A stretch of DNA of 37,009 nucleotides from an uncultured Caulobacteraceae bacterium. Its GTDB lineage: Bacteria; Pseudomonadota; Alphaproteobacteria; Caulobacterales; Caulobacteraceae. Positions 33,737-37,009 of this stretch are shown here, piece after piece (position 1 is the stretch's first letter; each line of letters starts with the position of its first letter). The position numbers and the translations under genes are program-made. The stretch is from contig CALFYB010000445.1 of the NCBI GenBank assembly GCA_937952995.1, forward strand, positions 1-37,009, in the 5' to 3' direction. Below the pieces are notes generated by a model. That model had not been told where the DNA came from. It did not search any database and was given only the letters and a program-made list of their open reading frames with translations.

Positions 33737-35188
33737 ATGACAATCGCTGACTTTTTGCTATCTGAAACCCAGCCGAACTACGTGGCACAGGTCACGTCTA
33801 TTGCCGACCGTTGGGAAGTGACCTTGCCAGAGGACTTCGCCGTTGGTCTCGACAATGACAATTTTGTGCCCCGTCTTGTAGACCAAATTGAGTCTGGGGT
33901 TTTTGCTGACGATGAGGTGTTGCAACTCATTTCAGACCTCTGGTCGCTGACTTGGTGGCGCGGCCCTAAGATCGATGACGACTGTTCGCGCCGAATTATT
34001 GGCCGCGCTGTGTCGATATTTCGAAGCGTCTTTGACCGCCCCAACCTGCCTCAGCCAACGGTAGCGCGCAGCAAGGCTCGCAAAGAGCACTCGGTCTTTG
34101 TCGGCACCCTGCAAGATCCCCTTCATTCCCCTTCGCGCGGTGCCATCGACTATGTCGCTGTGCTGGCGATGGATCCGGCCGTTGAGCGGATCGACATCTA
34201 TTATGCCGGGTCGATCACACCACGCTTGCAGGCCTATATCGATGAGCGGATAGGGGCCCTTATCCGCCGCCGTGGTATCCGTTTCTTCTGTGTCGATGTT
34301 GTGGAAGACCTGCTGTCAGAGGTGGTCGGGCGCGGTGCCTGTACCTTCCATTTCTGGTGCGAGCCGGCACTATCGCCGTGGATCGGCCTGATGAGCCTGT
34401 TTGGCCCTACGGTGATGTTTGTCTGTGGTGACGAAGCCCCGGTGCAATATGCCGACGTCTATTGGTATTTTCATCAGCCCGACTATGTGGCGGAGCGGTG
34501 GGCGCGGCGAGGAGCGCCCCAGTCCTTTATCAACAACTACGTCTTTAGCCAGAGCGGCCCAACCTTGATTGAAGGGCCACCGAGCCCTCGCAAACGCCAA
34601 CCTTTGGGTTGGAACGAAAATAACTTCATCATGGCTTCAGTTGGTAATCGCTTGGGCATCGATTTAGACGAGGCCTTTGTTACCGGCATGGAGGCTATAT
34701 TAAGGGCCCATCCAGAATGTGTCTGGCTCGTCGTAGGTTCGCTTCCTGAGCATCTGATCTATGCATTCGAACAAGGCTTCGGGTTCCAGTTTCGGCATAT
34801 CCCCTTTGAGGCGCAATTGGGTGAGCTGATGACGATTGTGGACGTATTTGCCAATCCGTTCCGACCGGGTGGTGGCAACAGTGCCAATAATGCCCTGACG
34901 GCCGGAACTGTACTGCTCACCCTTGCCGAAGGTGACGTCGCCTCCTTGGTGCCTCCAGAACATCGCGCTAACGATAATGAAGACTATTTCGCACGCCTTC
35001 TAAAACTGGTGGAGGACCCAAGCCATTTGGCAGCTTGGCGTGAGCTGCAGCAGAGCCAGCACGCGGGCTTGGTTGATCAGACCGCGTTCCTTGAGTCTTT
35101 GCGCAGCATGACAAGCCTCGCCTATGAGCGGTTCTTAGCCCGGCGCTCAACGCCCCTCACGAGCGTGATTGATGGGTCACAGCCATAA
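33737..35188 (+). CDS. putative GT41-like (SPINDLY/OGT-type) glycosyltransferase
   Basis: The C-terminal ~200 aa resemble the GT41 catalytic lobe: 'FIMASVGNRLGIDLDEAFVTGMEAILRAHPECVWLVV' and 'VDVFANPFRPGGGNSANNALTAGTVLLTLAEG'. The N-terminal 280 aa are unassigned. By-eye match only. Confidence 0.5.
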   Translation: MTIADFLLSETQPNYVAQVTSIADRWEVTLPEDFAVGLDNDNFVPRLVDQIESGVFADDEVLQLISDLWSLTWWRGPKIDDDCSRRIIGRAVSIFRSVFDRPNLPQPTVARSKARKEHSVFVGTLQDPLHSPSRGAIDYVAVLAMDPAVERIDIYYAGSITPRLQAYIDERIGALIRRRGIRFFCVDVVEDLLSEVVGRGACTFHFWCEPALSPWIGLMSLFGPTVMFVCGDEAPVQYADVYWYFHQPDYVAERWARRGAPQSFINNYVFSQSGPTLIEGPPSPRKRQPLGWNENNFIMASVGNRLGIDLDEAFVTGMEAILRAHPECVWLVVGSLPEHLIYAFEQGFGFQFRHIPFEAQLGELMTIVDVFANPFRPGGGNSANNALTAGTVLLTLAEGDVASLVPPEHRANDNEDYFARLLKLVEDPSHLAAWRELQQSQHAGLVDQTAFLESLRSMTSLAYERFLARRSTPLTSVIDGSQP

Positions 35189-35204
35189 GGTTCAGCGCGG
35201 ACGG

Positions 35205-36224
35205 CTAGACCACATCTGCATCCACGCTGGGACCCGTTACGATTGAAGCGATAAGGGCATTTAACCCCTCGGTAGGGTCTGTGACTTCCCATTCCCGATA
35301 GACTCGCATCTTGCTGGTAAACAATTCAGGCATAACCACAAAATGAGACCCAGCACTCGGGTTCAGTGGAACGAAGTTGCCTGTGCCCGTAGGGTCATAA
35401 CTGTCTGTCAAGATTACATCGATGTTGAATTTAGTGTTTGAAAGCAAGCCTAGTGCGACGAGTCCGTTTGACCCTGAAATCATGTGGCCAGCAATTTCGC
35501 AGATCGCCACCGCTAGATTTGTCGTGAGATGGATTTGAGTGCCGCGGATATCGAGACCCTCCGGCTGAAACAGTCCGCCGTGCATATTGTAAAAAACTTT
35601 TTTCCCGGCGGCTTCGTAGGCTTCCGATAGCAGGTTCCAAAATTTCGCCGAAGCGGGTTTGTTTGTATTATTGCCCGTGAAAAAAACGACGGAATTACCG
35701 GGTTCGATCCGATTGACCTTGGCATACCTCATGGCTTCGACGTTAACGTCGAGCTCGATATTTCCCCGGACGATCGGCGCTTCCCAGGGTAAATTCATGG
35801 CGTATCTTACAAGATCTATGAACGATAGTCCGCCCCGCCCCGGTTGGCTTCTGAACAGCTCATGCAACGCAAAGCCGCGGCCATCACCATTTTGATTGAT
35901 CCAGAGATTTTGGGGAACGCCGACCCTAAAGTCTAAAGGATTGATGATGCGATAGGTGCTTAAGGCGCGCATGGCCGCCAGTGGCACAAACTTTACGGCA
36001 TCAATTTGGTCTGTAAACAGCTTCAGCACATCACGTTTGCCGCTGTCGACCACCATACAGATCTTCCCGCCATGGTGGGCTCGAAAGGCAGGCAGCAAGG
36101 CGCATACCGTCGCCAGTTCGCCAATCGAACTTGGAACCATCAAGATCCAGTGATCTTCGCATCCGCTTACAATCTGGTCGCGCAAAACGGTGAGTTGCGT
36201 AATTAGCTGTTCCAGCTCATCCAT
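35205..36224 (-). CDS. putative GT9-like (heptosyltransferase-fold) glycosyltransferase
   Basis: 'WILMVPSSIGELATVCALLPAFRAHHGGKICMVV' resembles the GT9 N-terminal 'ILVIR..aIGD..P.l' block. 'VVFFTGNNTNKPASAKFW' and 'LAVAICEIAGHMISGSNGLVALG' resemble the donor-binding half. Lower-GC codon usage. Confidence 0.5.
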   Translation of the reverse strand: MDELEQLITQLTVLRDQIVSGCEDHWILMVPSSIGELATVCALLPAFRAHHGGKICMVVDSGKRDVLKLFTDQIDAVKFVPLAAMRALSTYRIINPLDFRVGVPQNLWINQNGDGRGFALHELFRSQPGRGGLSFIDLVRYAMNLPWEAPIVRGNIELDVNVEAMRYAKVNRIEPGNSVVFFTGNNTNKPASAKFWNLLSEAYEAAGKKVFYNMHGGLFQPEGLDIRGTQIHLTTNLAVAICEIAGHMISGSNGLVALGLLSNTKFNIDVILTDSYDPTGTGNFVPLNPSAGSHFVVMPELFTSKMRVYREWEVTDPTEGLNALIASIVTGPSVDADVV

Positions 36225-36495
36225 AAATTACCTCGATACCGGCCTTCTAATAGGCCGACGATGCGATTCCATCGGCCCCTACCCCCAGTAGTGTTTCGAG
36301 CAAACGTTAACCTTGTTCGCGTTATATGTAAGGGGTAACTTAACTAGCGCCATCGATCCGTTGCGATTCACGAACGGTGTCCGGCGATCTCGCGGCAGAA
36401 GGGCCTGCACACCGCCATGGGTGACAAGATGTATAATTGCCACGATTCAGGATGCTAGATAGGTGATCCAACCTGCCTCCTCGAGCGACGATGCT

Positions 36496-36777
36496 ATGCG
36501 CATTTTGGCGCAGGATTTGCGTGCGCGCGCGGCTGGCGAAAAGATCATTTTCATTTCGGGCAATTTCAACATTCTCCATCCAGGCCACCTGCGGCTTTTT
36601 CGGTTTGCGGCGGAGTTGGGTGGCAGACTGGTTGTTGGGGTTAATGCCGATGGCAATGAAGGGGTAACGGTCGAGCAGAGGCACCGTTTAGAGGATGTTC
36701 GCGCGATCGCTGCTGTCCATGAAGCAATTGCTCTTACCGAAGAGCCTGAACAGTTCATCGCGCGTTTGCGCTTCGAC
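36496..36777 (+). CDS. cytidylyl/adenylyltransferase-family fragment (HldE domain II / TagD-like), apparently 3'-truncated
   Basis: This ORF is not in the track because the frame stays open to the window end. 'IIFISGNFNILHPGHLRLFRFAAELGGRLVVGVNADG' carries the HxGH nucleotidyltransferase motif. 'VEQRHRLEDVRAIAAVHEAIALTEEPEQFIARLRFD' is colinear with HldE domain II up to the 'PD' position. The expected 'VKGGDY' block is missing. The start is ATG 36496, or possibly GTG 36463. Confidence 0.6.
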
Positions 36778-37009
36778 GGGCAACTGACAATCCGGACAAT
36801 GCTGCGTGCCGAGGCGCGCAAAGAGCAGCCGGATGAAATGATAAATCTCCGTGACGGTCGCGACCGTGCTTTTGCCGCCGCCGCGCGTGGTGCGCTGCTC
36901 GATGCTGACGGTCGGGTTGCCCAGCTGCACCTGCTGTTGCAGATCGGTGGCCTCCAGCTGCGCGCTGCTCACCTGCCGGAGCGCGGCGCTGAAACTGGTC
37001 TGGAAGCTT
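36688..37009 (-). pseudogene. UvrA-like (excinuclease ABC subunit A family) N-terminal fragment, truncated
   Basis: The frame is open from the window edge. 'SFSAALRQV...VSIEQRTTRGGGKSTVATVTEIYHFIRLLFARLGTQHCPDCQLPVEAQT' is colinear with E. coli UvrA 'SLSAYARQF...[49 protein letters not shown]' (residues ~55-140). Similarity is lost around 36745-36780 and a stop follows at 36688. A full UvrA would need ~800 more codons. Confidence 0.55.

Noticed and set aside
1-37009. A search of ORF products and intergenic regions for CRISPR repeats, IS/transposase or integrase genes, tRNA/rRNA genes, prophage modules, and classic defence genes (restriction-modification, Cas, CBASS, retrons, toxin-antitoxin pairs).
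   Set aside because: None was recognised. The only defence-associated hallmark is the WYL regulator, which has no adjacent nuclease, helicase or cyclase genes.

Overview
The window reads as moderate/high-GC Gram-negative chromosomal DNA. My impression is alphaproteobacterial (Caulobacterales-like), but that cannot be proven from the sequence alone. It is densely coding, with about 33 credible CDSs. I recognised no rRNA, tRNA, CRISPR array, transposase or integrase. All family calls come from motifs read by eye in the supplied translations; no search was run.

Gene content, left to right:
- FAH-family hydrolase.
- A two-gene ABC system whose permease is fused to an M1 zinc-peptidase domain (1193 aa).
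- A DUF883-like tail-anchored protein plus a small membrane protein.
- A glutamine-synthetase-like / FAD-oxidase pair (gamma-glutamylation type amine catabolism).
- PEP carboxylase.
- A CinA-C/PncC-like protein.
- An HTH-WYL regulator flanked by two orphan small ORFs.
- A family III CoA-transferase.
- Two L,D-transpeptidases.
- An aminophosphonate catabolic cluster (transporter, TIGR03364-like FAD oxidase, PhnX) with no PhnW. Its divergent promoter carries a 3 x 14 bp tandem repeat bracketed by inverted TGTCATAG elements.
- A second FAD protein plus an MFS transporter.
- An HPP-family protein.
- A MacB-type ABC exporter with a double-FtsX permease and an HlyD adaptor.
- A visibly lower-GC sugar/glycan-modification island: FkbM methyltransferase, ATP-grasp, Gfo/Idh/MocA oxidoreductase, DegT aminotransferase, GT41-like and GT9-like transferases, and an HldE-domain-II-like nucleotidyltransferase.

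The last ~260 nt are anomalous. The nucleotidyltransferase gene stops being recognisable where a GC-rich, opposite-strand UvrA-like N-terminal fragment begins, and the window ends in AAGCTT.

The candidates I rate most worth follow-up are the permease-M1 peptidase fusion, the glycan island, the PhnW-less phosphonate cluster with its repeat-bearing promoter, and the WYL module.
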